DNA from: an uncultured Gemmatimonadales bacterium
Lineage (GTDB): Bacteria > Gemmatimonadota > Gemmatimonadetes > Gemmatimonadales > GWC2-71-9
Length of the DNA stretch: 64,000 bases
NCBI GenBank assembly: GCA_963761885.1
Contig: CAVXIN010000004.1
Location: forward strand, 17,994 to 81,993
Reading direction: 5' to 3'
The notes below the pieces were generated by a model. It was not told the DNA's origin. It made no database searches and worked only from the letters and a program-made list of their open reading frames with translations. Numbering within the stretch: position 1 is the stretch's first letter; every line of letters begins with the position of its first letter. This document shows, piece by piece, positions 1 through 10,757 of this stretch. The position numbers were made by a program, and so were the translations under genes.

Positions 1-815
1 CCGTGTGGGCCGACCACTCGGCCAGCCCGACCAGCTCGTCCAGCTTGTCCTGTTCCAGCAGCGTGCGCTGCGCCCCGACCGCCTGATGCAGCCGAGCGAG
101 GCAGAGGTAGTTCCGCCATCCCTTGAGCAGCGCGAAGCGTCGGCGAGTAGTCGTCCGTCGTCAGCGCCGCGCGAGGAGCGGCAGGTCCTTCCCGACCAGC
201 TGCTCCTGGAGGTTGATGGTATTGGTGCTGACGATGGTGCGCTCGCCGTTGGCGCGCGCCCACGCCAGCGCGGGCACCAGGTACGCGAACGACTTCCCCA
301 CTCCGGTGCCCGCCTCCATGCAGCTGCACGCCGCCGTCGTTGTAGCCGTCGGCGATGTACGCGGCCATGTCGCGCTGGCTGCGGCGGTCCTCGTAGTGCC
401 CGAGGTGGGACGCGATCGGGCCATGCTCGCCCAGGGTCTCGATCACCTCGAAGGGATCGATCCGGACGACCGGCGCGGTCGTGGGGGACTTCGACCACCA
501 CGTAGAGCTCGGTCGCGCCGTTGTCGATGATCCCGAACCCCACGCCCGCCGTCGTGCAGGCGCGCCGCCACGTTGAGGTCGGCCTGGGACGGCTCCAGGT
601 GACCGCTGGGGTGGTTGTGAAGCAGCATCTCCCCGCGCGCGACCGTGCCGGGAAGCGCCAGCACCATGTCCACCGTGCCCCGCGCGAGCGCGCGCGCGCC
701 CGTGACCACGCCGTCGCGGTCCACGGTGGCCACGAAGGACACTTCGCGTCCCCCCGCGGCGGCGATCTCGCTCCGCGAGGAATCCCCGGACCCCCGGGGC
801 GATCCGTTCGCTCAC
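1..815 (-). CDS. dinG: DinG/YoaA-family SF2 helicase with N-terminal RadC-like JAB domain (5' part only; runs off the window; indels)
   Basis: GTG at 815 overlaps the upstream TGA. Frame 443..742 has LLHNHPSGHLEPSQAD (RadC JAB HxH..S..D). Frame 161..424 has EAGTGVGKSFAYLVPA and IVSTNTINLQEQL (DinG motifs I/Ia). Confidence 0.85.
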   Translation of the reverse strand, partial: MSERIAPGVRGFLAERDRRRGGTRSVLRGHRGPRRRGHGRARARAGHGGHGAGASRHGRARGDAASQPPQRSPGAVPGRPQRGGAPARRRAWGSGSSTTARPSSTWWSKSPTTAPVVRIDPFEVIETLGEHGPIASHLGHYEDRRSQRDMAAYIADGYNDGGVQLHGGGHRSGEVVRVPGARAGVGARQRRAHHRQHQYHQPPGAAGREGPAAPRAALTTDDYSPTLRAAQGMAELPLPRSAASGGRGAAHAAGTGQAGRAGRAGRVVGPH

Positions 816-2106
816 GTCTTGAGTTCTTTCTTCTTCGCGGCCGGGAACAGCACGTTGTTGAGGATCAGGCGATAGCCCGGGGAATGGGGATGGAGCGACA
901 GGTCGGTCGGCGCGTCGCCGATCTGGTGCTGCGGGTCCTCGGGGTCGTGGCCGCCGAAGAAGGTCCAGGTGCCCTGCCCCCGCTCGCCGTGGATGTACTT
1001 GACCCAGGGCGCGCCGGTCTCCTCGGCCAGCACCGTGACGCTCGGGCTTGAGCGTCGGCGGGTGAAGCTGGTGGTGAGCCCGTAGAAGTCGGGGATCACC
1101 TGCCGGTGGTTCTGCACCAGCATGGTGGCGACCGGATCGATCTTGGCGCTGAAGTTGAAGAGACTGAACGATCCCAGCGGCTGGCGCCGGTCCGGGGAGT
1201 TGACCTGGTGTCCGTCGATGTCGGAGTAGACCGGCGTCGTCGGGCTCAGCTCCAGCCGCGCGTCCTGAAACGCGAGCGCGCGATCCCACCGCATCGCCGC
1301 CGTCGCGTTCACGTCCATCGGCGAGCCGTCCGCATAGGCCGCGGCGATATCCACGCCCTCCGCGGCGAGCGCGAGGTCGAGCGTCTCGGTGGCCGTGCAC
1401 ATCGCGAACAGGAACCCGCCCCGCTCGACGTACCGGCCGATCGGCCGCGGCAACCGCCTGCTTCTCGGCGGGGACGGACGGGTAGCCCGAGCGACCGGGC
1501 CATCGCGCGGTTCTGCTCGACCATCTCCGCCAGCCAGGGCGCGCCCGCGTAGTTGAGGAAGAACTTGGAGTACTGGCCGGTGAAGTCCTCGTGATGCAGA
1601 TGCAGCCAGTCGTAGCGCCGGAGCCCGTCGCCCATCACCTCGGCGTCCCAGATCTTCTCGAACCTGATCCCCGCGTAGTTGAGCGCCATGGTCACCGCAT
1701 CGTCCCACGGCGCGGCGTTCGGCGGCGCGTACACCGCCACCTTCGGCGCCTTCTCCAGCGGCACCGCGTCCATGTTGCCGTTCTGGATCTCACCGCGGAG
1801 TCTGCACCAGCCGGCCGTCATCGAGCGGCTCGGTGGTGATCCCGGCGAGTGCGGCGTCGCGGCTGGTGGCGCCGTCGGCGGGAGCAGGAACGCCCCGCCA
1901 CGATGGTTGAGAAACCACTCGGCCTTGCCTCCGCGCTCGAGCAGCCGGAAGGCGAGCCCGTAGGCCTTGAGATGGTCCGCCTGCGCGTCGTCCATGGGAA
2001 CCAGCAGCCAGGGGGCTGCGCGGCCCCGCACCGGAAGCCGCGGCATGCCGGGAGCGAGCGCGGCCACCGCCGCGCAGGTGCGGGTGAGGAACTGGCGGCG
2101 TCTCAT
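812..2106 (-). CDS. Tat-exported class-I GATase-like protein of the family often auto-labelled 'asparagine synthetase B' (indels)
   Basis: N-terminus MRRRQFL (twin-Arg). Motifs LLVPMDDAQADHLKAYG, WDDAVTMALNYA, LHHEDFTGQYSKF, GGFLFAMC, GGHDPED and SPGYRLILNNVLFPAAKKKELKT are spread over three frames. Confidence 0.75.
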
Positions 2107-3845
2107 GTTTCGGGCACCGCGCCACGAGCGACGTCCAGCGCGCGCCGGGCATGCGGCACCAGAGCGCTGGTGGGATAGGTCAGGATCAGGTGCTCCAGCA
2201 GCGCCACGGCCTCGGTGCCCCGGTGCGCCGCGATCAGCAGCTCGGCCAGCGCCAGCTCGGCGGCCGGCGCCGTCCCGGGGGCCGCTTTCGAGGCCGCTTC
2301 GCGGTAGAGCCGCTCGGCGGCGCCGGGATCACCCTTCGCAGCCGCGAGACGGCCGGCCAGCAGTCGCACCTCGGCGCCGCCCTTCGGCGCGGGCAGACCC
2401 TCGGCGACGGCCTCCAGCTCGGTCACTGCGCGCGCCCGTATCGCCCTGCTCCAGGCGCAGCAGCGCCGACCCGAGCGGGGCAGCGAGTCCGCTTCGATCG
2501 GTTGGAGCATGGCGAGCAGCAGCGTGCGCCGAGTGGATTCGGCACGGTCGCCGGCGTAGGGCCCGGCCTGCTTGAACGCCTCGACGGCTCCGCGGATATC
2601 CCCCCGATAGAGTCGGATGCTGCCCGCGAGCGCGAGACCCTCGACGGTGCTGTCCCGACCGAGGGCCGAGTCGGCCCGGTCGAGCTGACCCAATCCGATG
2701 TAGGAAGAGACCAGGGCGCGCGACAGCTCGGCGTACTCCTCGCCCGTCAACTGGGCGCGCGAGGCGGCAAGTCGCCGGCCGGCCTCCTCGACCTGGCCCT
2801 CGCCGATCAGCACCGTGATGAGCGTCGACGCAGCGCTCGAGGAGACGGTGCCGGTGGCGGACCGGTCGTCCGCCAGGCCCGAGAGCATGCGACGTGCTGC
2901 CTCCCTATCGCCCGCGGCGGAGTAGGCCTGGGCGGCCTCGAGGCGGGTGCGAGAGGCCAGCGGCCCCAGCTGCCGCTTGGCCAGGCTCTCCAGGGCTCGC
3001 CCCTGTGCGAGCAGTGCATCGTGAGTCCGCTGCAGGCGGAGCTGATCGACGAAGGTGCGGAGCGCGTCCGGGCCCTCGGTCCGTGACCGGGCGAGGCCGG
3101 ACTCCAGCGCGGCGAGCCCACCCAGAGGATCGCCCCATCTGACCCTCAGCTCGGATTCGAGACGGCGTCCGGTGAAACCGGAATCGGCCGCGAGAATTCG
3201 AAGCATCTCCGGCCGGTGAGCCAGCGGGCGCATGCCCCAGCGTGGCCACGGCGGTCACCCGGTACCCGGGAAGCCTGCGTACCGCGGGAAGCCACTCGCG
3301 CAGCGGCGGTTCCGATAGTCGCCGTCCGTGATCGCCAGCTGGGCCATCTCGGCGGCCAGAACATCGGGCCGGTCCAGGCGCTCGCGGCCGAGCCTATACG
3401 CCTGCACCGCGCCCGTCGCGGTCGCGCGCCGAGAGCGCGGCCGCTCCCCACTCCCGGTACGGCGCCTCGTCGCCCGGCGAGCGCGGGCCCACGCCTCGGC
3501 GACGGACCGCATGCTGTCGGGCTGGCCCGCCGCGCTCCACGCCCGCAGGGCCACTCCATAGACCGCGGGACTCACCGGGGTCGCCGCCAACGCCGCGCGG
3601 ACATCCGGCAGGATCTCCTCGCTCCGGTTGAGCGGTAGCAGCACGCGCTCCAGACCCAGCAGCGCGGAGACGTCACCCGGCTTGCGGGCCAGCAGCTCGC
3701 GGTAGGCGGCGGCGGCCGCGTCGTAGCTGCCCCGGCGCTCCAGCTCGAATGCCCGCGGCATGGTGGCCTGCTGCGCCTGCACCAGCGGAGAAGGGAGCGG
3801 CGATCAGGAGGGCCGACGCGAAGCGCGGTGAAGGACGCGGATCAT
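2103..3845 (-). CDS. Secreted TPR-repeat protein (indels)
   Basis: Helical TPR-like repeats (AFELERRGSYDAAAAAYRELL; LAELLIAAHRGTEAVALLEHLILTYPTS) in frames 3255..3782 and 2103..3233. ATG at 3845; stop overlaps the next start. Confidence 0.7.
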
Positions 3846-3847
3846 GG

Positions 3848-6800
3848 TCAGCCTACCTGCCCGCGACTCGGAGAGCCGGCGGAAGTAGTCCACCACGAGC
3901 CGGCGCTCCTCGGGCGAGAGCCGCTGGAGCTGCTCCCAGCTCGGCACGCGCAGCCGACCGTCGTCGCCGAGCAGCTGCGCCCGAAGCGCGGGCGGGAGAC
4001 GGACGGTGTCCTCGGCGGCGGTGGCGCTCTGCCGCTCCTTCTGCTCGTCTTCCTGCTCGCCCTGGAGGGTTCGTCCCGCGTCGAGCATCCGGCGGAAGAG
4101 CCGTTCCTGCCGCTCCACCACCTGCCGATCGAGGCGGCCCGCTTCGAGGCGCCGGGCGAGCTCCTTGGCCTCGTCCGCCAGCTCCCCGGCGCCCGGGCAT
4201 GTTGCCCTCGCCCCGCATGCGCTCCAGCTCCTGAGCCAGCGCCCGCTGCCGATGCCGCAGCTGCCGGAGCTGCTGCTGGATCGCGGACGACCCGGCCATC
4301 GGCAGAAGCCCGGCGCCCTGCTGGCCCAGCCCGCCCTGCTGCTTGGCCAGCTCGCCATCCTCTCCATCGCTTCGGCGAGCCCGGAGCCGGATGACGGCCC
4401 GGACACATCGCCGCGGGCGCGCAGCAGCTGGTGGGCCGCCGCATTCAGTGCGTCCACCGCACCGCCCGCCTGCTCCGCGCCTTCGCGCAGGTTCGGCGCA
4501 GCGGACGCGATGGCCTCGCGGGTCTTCTGCATCTGCTGCTGGGCTCCGCCCAGCGCCGCGCCGATCTGCGGCGGGACCAGCGCGTTCTTGCCGGCGGTCT
4601 TCCGCACCTGCTCGATGAGGCGCTGCACGCCCTCTTCGATGGCGCCCTGCTCGGCTCGCAACTCGCCCGCCGGCCTCCGCCCCGCCACGCAGCGCCTCCT
4701 GCACCGCCAGCTGTCGCTCCGCGAGCCGGCCGGTTTCGGCCAGCGCCTGGTCGATGGCCTGGACCACCTCCTCCCGCCATTGCTGCTGCATCGCCATGCC
4801 GTTCGCGCTGCAGCTGGTCGCCGAGCGGCTCCAGGGATTTGGCGGCCTGCTCACCGCGATCCTTGGCCTGGATGCCGCTTGCCCTGCTGCGCGGCCTGCG
4901 CGGCCTGGTCCATCTGGTGGGCGCCTGCCGCGCCTGTCGCGACGCGGAGTCGAGCCGCTCGCCACGCTGCGCCGTCTCCATGTCTTTGGCCAGGCGTTCG
5001 AGCCCCGCGCCGAGCGAATCCGCGCGGGAGGCGAGTTCGCGCTCCGCGGCCGCGGCCTTGGCGCGTGTCGGCGGCGGCGACGCGCTGGTTCCACTCCCGC
5101 TGCTCCCGGGCCAGGTCCTTCGATTCCTGCGCGAGGTTGGCCAGGTCGCCCTCCATTGCGGCGCGCTTGAACAGCTCGCGGCTCCGCTCCAGGGCCTCCC
5201 GCATCTCCTGCTGCGCCTCCGCCAGCCGCTCCAGCGCGTCCTTGGCCTGCTCGGCGTCGAGATCCTTGAGCGCGCGTTGCAGCGCGGCGAGCCGCTCCCG
5301 CAGCTCGGGCGAGAGGGCGCGGTCGAGCTGCTCCCGGATCTCCTGGAGCTGCCGCTGCCACGCCGAATCGCCCACGCCCGCGGCCTGCGCGCTCTGCCGG
5401 AGCGCCTCGATCGATCGCTTGAGCTCCTCGGCCTGACGGAGGAGCTCCTGCTGGCCTTTCGCCACGCCTCGGCCCGCTTGGACCGCTCGAACGACAGCGA
5501 CTCCTCGTTCCGCCGCCCGCTCGCGTCGGTGCGAGACCGCTCGCGCGCGAGATCCTCGGTCTGCCGCTCCAGCCGCCGGCTCCCGGCCGCGATGGAGTCG
5601 AGCTGTGCGCTCACGTCACGGGATGCGGCGCGCTGCGCCGCGCGCACCTCACTCATCGTGGGCAGGCGGAGCACGTACTCGCGCGAGCGGCCCGTCTGGC
5701 GCCGGGGAGTGTTGTCGGCCGCCACGGCGTAGTAGCGGACCGTGTCGCCCGGAAGCAGGCCGCGGCGGTTGAGATCGAGGGTGTGGGTAAGGATGGCGCG
5801 GTCGGGACGCTGGTCCGGTACGGTGAGGGTGTCTCGCCGCGCCGAGTCGGCGCCGCCGAGCCGGCTGATACGCCGGCTGATGATCGATGACCGCCGTGAT
5901 GCCGTAGTCGTCCCGAACATCCACCACGAGCGGCACGCGCAGACTCAGCGGCGCCAGGGTGTCCGCGCCGGGCACCGGAATCTCGACCGAGGGGGCGCTG
6001 TCGCGTCACGACCCGCAGCGCCAGGCGGACCGTGTCACCGGCCAGGGGAGCGCCATCCCCGGTGGCGAGCGCCAGGCGATACTCGCCGGAGCCGGCGGGC
6101 ACGAAGGCGCCGCTGAAGCTTCCCCCTTCACCGCCAAGATCGTGCGCTCGGGACCCGCTCCGCCACGCCGCACTTGCGAGAGGCGCCGTGGCCTCGCCCG
6201 TGGTCTCGAGCCTGGTGCCGGCGGGCACCAGCAGTGTGTCGCCGTCGGTGGGCACCGGCTCCGACTCGAGTCCCAGATAGTCCGGGTAGTGCGCGATGAC
6301 GTTGACGGCGCCCAGGAACACCGGCAGCCGAACCTGGACGAGGAGCGTGTCCGAGCCGCGGCTGCCGCTGGTGACGCGGGCGTAGACATCGCTCGCCAGG
6401 GGCCCGCTCCAGACGGCGGCCACGCCCGACGAGTCGAGCCGCACACCGAGCGGCCGCCACGCCTCGCCCGGCGCGCGGAGCCACAGCGTCGCGGTGGACC
6501 GGCCCAGGGCCTCCACCCGGAAGGCGACCGAATCCCCGCGGTCCACCGCATTTCGATCGGCGGTGAGCCGGACCGGCGCCACGAGCGCGCGCCATGCGGC
6601 AGCCGGATGCCAGAGCCCCGCGGCCGCGCCGCGCGCGGGACCCGCGGTGGCGAACGCACTCAGCCCCACGAGCAGCGCGGCGGCACCGAGCAGGCCGACA
6701 GCGCGCACCGGTCGGGCCAGGGGCGCGACTGCCGCGACGCCCCGCCGCTCGACTTCGCTCGCCTGGGCGGCATCGGCCCGCCGCAGCAGCGCGTCGCTGG

Positions 6801-7131
6801 TGCCCTGCGCGGGACGATCGAGCAGCGCCGTCAGCGCCCCATGGCGCCACTCGCCCAGGTCCTCGAGCCCGCGCGCGATTCGAGCTTGAGAGAGCGCTCC
6901 CAGGGAGCCCCGCGCGAGCCACGCCACGGCCCCGACCCCGAGCAGCACAGCGGTCCAGGCGATGAAGGCCCACTGAGGTCCGCTGATCCACTCGAGCCGA
7001 GCCGACCAGATCGCCGCGCCGAGGAGCGTCGCGGCGGATCCGAGCGCGAGGGCGAGCCACCCAGCGCCGGCGCGAACCCGGAGCGGGAGCGCGAGACGGT
7101 GGAGAGCGCGGCCGGTCGCCGAACCAGTCAT
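3848..7131 (-). CDS. DUF4175-like membrane-anchored Ig plus long coiled-coil protein (multiple indels)
   Basis: N-terminal TM helices, beta-rich middle (DDYG motif, LLPGDTVRYYAVAADN), Gln/Glu-rich coiled coil, and C-terminal RQERLFRRMLDAGRTL...VVDYFRRL. ATGA overlap with the DUF4159 stop. Confidence 0.7.
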
Positions 7132-7829
7132 TCGCCGTACCCTACCGCGTAGGCAAAGAGATTCACGCCCATGCGGAGCGCGGCTTCCCGTTTCTCCGGC
7201 GGATCCCGATGCACCTCGGGGTCCTCCCACCCGTCGCCGAGATCGGTCTGATAGGAGTAGAAGATCACGAGCCGCCGGTCGAGGAAGATGCCGTACCCCT
7301 GCGCCGGCTTCTTGTCGTGCTCATGGATCTTGGGAATGCCGCGCGGAAAGTCGTAGATCAGGTGATAGATCGGGTGGTCCAGCGGGACCTCGACGAGGTC
7401 CTCGCCCGGAAACAGCCGGGCCACCTCACGACGAAGGGACGGGTCCATTCCATAGTTGTCATCGGCGTGAAGAAATCCGCCCTGCCGGAGATAGCGGCGC
7501 AGCACGCCTAGGTCGTCGTCGCTGAAGCGGACGTTTCCGTGACCCGTCATATAGAGATAGGGAAGGTTCCAGAGATCGTCGTCCCGCAGCGTCACCACCC
7601 GCTCGGCCGGGGCGACGCGAAGACCGGTCCGGGTACGGATCGCGCCGAGGAGATTGGGCAGGCTCGAGGGATTGGCATACCAGTCGCCGCCGCCGTCGTA
7701 ATGCAGGCGCCCGATCGTCATCGAGGCCTCCCCGGCCGTCGGGGCAGGCGCAGCGGCCGCCGGCCCCTGTGCGGCGGCCGGCGCGATGATCACCACACTC
7801 CACAGGGCGACGGCGGCGGCACGCAGCAT
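7128..7829 (-). CDS. DUF4159 domain protein (secreted)
   Basis: Signal peptide; RLHYDGGGDWYANPSSLPNL, YLYMTGHG, GGFLHADDNYG, DLGDGWED, ALRMGVN. Confidence 0.88.
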   Translation of the reverse strand: MLRAAAVALWSVVIIAPAAAQGPAAAAPAPTAGEASMTIGRLHYDGGGDWYANPSSLPNLLGAIRTRTGLRVAPAERVVTLRDDDLWNLPYLYMTGHGNVRFSDDDLGVLRRYLRQGGFLHADDNYGMDPSLRREVARLFPGEDLVEVPLDHPIYHLIYDFPRGIPKIHEHDKKPAQGYGIFLDRRLVIFYSYQTDLGDGWEDPEVHRDPPEKREAALRMGVNLFAYAVGYGE

Positions 7830-8663
7830 TCAGGGCAATCCCATCACCAGTCGGTAGGCGTCGTTTCGAGAGATTCCCATGGTCTCGGTGAGCCGTCGGG
7901 CCACCTCGCGGCGAGACAGCCCGTCGGCCAGCAGGGCCGTGGCTTCCTCGGTGGCATCGGCGGTGCGGTCGGGCGGTGCCGGCGGCACCCCGGTTCCCTC
8001 CACCACGACCGTGATCTCGCCCCGTGGCTCCACGGTCGAATAATAATCCGCCAGCTGGGCGAGGCTTCCGGCCCGGAGCTCCTCGTGCATCTTGGTGAGC
8101 TCCCGGGCCACCAGGGCACGGCGATCCGGGCCGGCCGCGGCGACCAGGTCGCCCAGCAGGGCCGCGAGCCGCGGAGGGGCCTCGAACAGCACGACGCTCC
8201 ATTCCTCCGACGCCACACGAGCCAGCAGGCGGGTGCGTTCCCCTCCCTTTCGCGGCAGAAATCCGAGAAAGAGGTAGCGATCGGCTGGGAGACCGGCGGC
8301 TGAGAGCGCCGTCGCCACGGCCGATGGGCCCGGAATGGGCACCACCACGTATCCGGCCTCCAGCGCCGCCGCGACCAGGTCGACCCCGGGATCGCTGACC
8401 CCCGGGGTTCCCGCGTCCGTGACTAGTGCTACGTCGCGGCCATCGGCGAGTATGGCGAGCAGGGATTCAACCCGGCGATCGCCGGAGTGGGCATGAAAGC
8501 TGAGGAGTGTAGGGGAGGCGCCCAGGTGGCTCAGGAGTCCGCGCGTGCGCCGGGTGTCCTCGGCGGCCACGACGGCCGCCTGGCGGAGCGTCTCAGCCGC
8601 GCGGGGAGAGAGATCGCCCAGATTGCCAAGCGGCGTCGCAACGACGTAGAGAGTGCCGGGCAC
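7830..8663 (-). CDS. rsmI: 16S rRNA C1402 2'-O-methyltransferase
   Basis: LYVVATPLGNLGDLSPRA, AEDTR, DAGTPGVSDPG, ARELTKMHEE. Confidence 0.96.
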   Translation of the reverse strand: MPGTLYVVATPLGNLGDLSPRAAETLRQAAVVAAEDTRRTRGLLSHLGASPTLLSFHAHSGDRRVESLLAILADGRDVALVTDAGTPGVSDPGVDLVAAALEAGYVVVPIPGPSAVATALSAAGLPADRYLFLGFLPRKGGERTRLLARVASEEWSVVLFEAPPRLAALLGDLVAAAGPDRRALVARELTKMHEELRAGSLAQLADYYSTVEPRGEITVVVEGTGVPPAPPDRTADATEEATALLADGLSRREVARRLTETMGISRNDAYRLVMGLP

Positions 8664-9002
8664 TCAGGCGAGGTGCTGCTTGATCTTCCCTTCCAGGGTG
8701 GCCTTGGGCACCGCGCCGATCACGGTGTCCACGTGCTGCCCGTTCTTGAAGAACAGAATGCTCGGGATCGAGCGCACGTTGAACCGCATGGCGGTCCGCT
8801 GATTCGCGTCCACATCCACCTTGGTGACCTTGGCCCGGCCCACATATTCCCCGGCGAGCTGATCGAGGATCGGGGCCACGATCTGGCAGGGGCCGCACCA
8901 CGAGGCCCAGAAGTCCACGAGGACGAGCCCGTTCGCCTGTTCGATTTCGCTGGTGAATGAGGCGTCGGTGACGTGGACGGTCGTGTGGTTCGTCGCGGCC
9001 AT
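8664..9002 (-). CDS. trxA: Thioredoxin
   Basis: VDFWASWCGPC active site; 112 aa. Confidence 0.97.
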   Translation of the reverse strand: MAATNHTTVHVTDASFTSEIEQANGLVLVDFWASWCGPCQIVAPILDQLAGEYVGRAKVTKVDVDANQRTAMRFNVRSIPSILFFKNGQHVDTVIGAVPKATLEGKIKQHLA

Positions 9003-9056
9003 GATGTTATTCTCCTGAAGTTTGAATCACTTCGCTCAATCGTTCGGAGGGTCCGC

Positions 9057-9452
9057 GTGGCGGTCTTCCCTCGCATCGCTCATGTCGGAATCGCCGTGCC
9101 GGACATCGAGGCGGCGCTTCCCTTCTATCGTGACGTCCTGGGCCTTGCTCCCCACCCTCCGGAGACGGCCGACGGGGCGTCCATCGTCTCACTGACCCTC
9201 GGTGAATCCGAGGTGGAGCTTCTGGCTCCCCTCGACGCGGACGGCCCGATCGCCAGGTTTCTGGCGCGGCGGGGGCCGGGCATCCACCACATCTGCTACC
9301 GCGTCGCCGATCTCGACGCCGCCCTCAACGCCTGTCGAGCGGCCGGCTACCGTCTCATCGACGACACTCCGCGAACCGGCGCCGGTGGCCGGAGGATCGC
9401 CTTCGTGCATCCGAAGGCGACCGCCGGAATTCTGCTCGAGCTGACTGAGTAA
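9057..9452 (+). CDS. mce: Methylmalonyl-CoA epimerase (VOC fold)
   Basis: IAHVGIAV, VELLAP, GPGIHHICYRV, IAFVHPKATAGILLEL; GTG at 9057 after GGAGG. Confidence 0.9.
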   Translation: MAVFPRIAHVGIAVPDIEAALPFYRDVLGLAPHPPETADGASIVSLTLGESEVELLAPLDADGPIARFLARRGPGIHHICYRVADLDAALNACRAAGYRLIDDTPRTGAGGRRIAFVHPKATAGILLELTE

Positions 9453-9488
9453 GATAACAACGGGCGGGGCCCAGAGTTCCCCGGGCTA

Positions 9489-9956
9489 CTACGGAGTCTT
9501 GGTGCTGTCGCCTGGGGCGCCGGGCTCGCAGGGTCGTGCCGGATTTCCAGCCTGAGTGACATCCACCTGGCTCACGATCCAGCTGCCGTCGCCGAGACGA
9601 ATCGCGGTGAACGGGATGACCCAGGAGCAGAGCTGGCGGCGGATTTCGACCTGGATCGAGGTGCGGGCGTCGCCCGCCGGTGTTTCCGAAACGATTCGGT
9701 GGGATTCGTTCCGGAGATAGGCATGCATGATGGCGACTCTGCGTTCCCAGTCGGGCGGCGTCCCGGTGCGCGCGGCAGGTCCGGCCGCACTTCCCCAGAA
9801 ATTCCCCATCTGGGTCAGGTTGCTGTCCGCGACGCCCTGCATGAAGCTCTCGACGGCGCCCTTGGCGGTCTTGGTGGGCGCGACGGTGGCGGGCGTCATG
9901 GCCCCGCCGCACGCGACCACGAAGGCGGCGAGGATGCACCACTGCGGCTTGATCAC
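9489..9956 (-). CDS. Hypothetical lipoprotein, possibly NTF2-like
   Basis: Lipobox-like FVVAC; AVESFMQGVADSNLTQMGNFWG helix pattern; GSWIVSQVD terminal strand. Confidence 0.6.
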   Translation of the reverse strand: MIKPQWCILAAFVVACGGAMTPATVAPTKTAKGAVESFMQGVADSNLTQMGNFWGSAAGPAARTGTPPDWERRVAIMHAYLRNESHRIVSETPAGDARTSIQVEIRRQLCSWVIPFTAIRLGDGSWIVSQVDVTQAGNPARPCEPGAPGDSTKTP

Positions 9957-10015
9957 AAGTCTCTCATCTGGCATATGTTAGCAGGCGAAGTTAATCCCCT
10001 GCCAAAGCCTGGGCA

Positions 10016-10741
10016 ATGACGGCACCGATGCGGCTCTACATCAACGTGGACCATGTGGCCACGGTCCGGCAGGCCCGCCGCACCGACGAGCCCGATCCGG
10101 TCGAGGCCGCGCGTCTGTGCGAGGCCGCCGGTGCCGACGGCATCACTGCCCATCTCCGCGAGGACCGGCGCCACATCCAGGACGACGACCTGGATCGCCT
10201 CCGGCCCGCGGTGCGGGTGTTGAACGTGGAGCTCGCCACGAGCGCCGAGATCCTGGACATCACCTGCCGGCTCAGGCCGTATCAGGCGACGCTGGTCCCC
10301 GAGCGGCGAGAGGAGATCACGACCGAAGGGGGGCTCGACCTGGGACGGTCGGGCGGCCGATTGCGCGACACCATCCGGCGGCTCGACGAAGCGGGCATCC
10401 GCGTGAGTCTCTTCGTGGATCCCGATCGGGGCGTGCTCGACGCGGCGAAGGACCTGGGCGTCCCGGCGGTCGAGCTGCACACCGGCCGCTACGCCCACAC
10501 CTGGCGCCACGGCGATGCGGCGCTGGACGAGCTGCGGGCCGCCGCGCGCCACGCGGCCGACATGGGACTCTTCGTGCACGCGGGCCACGGCCTCACCTAC
10601 GTGAACGTGGAGCCGGTGGCGGCCATTCCGGAGATCGAGGAGCTCAACATCGGACACAGCGTGGTCAGCCGCGCCCTGATGGTCGGAATGACCCGGGCCG
10701 TCGCCGACATGGTGCGCTTGGTGAAGGGCGCCCGGCTCTGA
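10016..10741 (+). CDS. pdxJ: Pyridoxine 5'-phosphate synthase
   Basis: [45 protein letters not shown]. Confidence 0.97.
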   Translation: MTAPMRLYINVDHVATVRQARRTDEPDPVEAARLCEAAGADGITAHLREDRRHIQDDDLDRLRPAVRVLNVELATSAEILDITCRLRPYQATLVPERREEITTEGGLDLGRSGGRLRDTIRRLDEAGIRVSLFVDPDRGVLDAAKDLGVPAVELHTGRYAHTWRHGDAALDELRAAARHAADMGLFVHAGHGLTYVNVEPVAAIPEIEELNIGHSVVSRALMVGMTRAVADMVRLVKGARL

Positions 10742-10757
10742 TACCTTTGCTCCCACC

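Noticed and set aside
812..2106. Calling this gene asparagine synthetase B
   Set aside because: No N-terminal Ntn Cys or SGGLDS motif, and it has a Tat signal; the label is a likely propagated misannotation.
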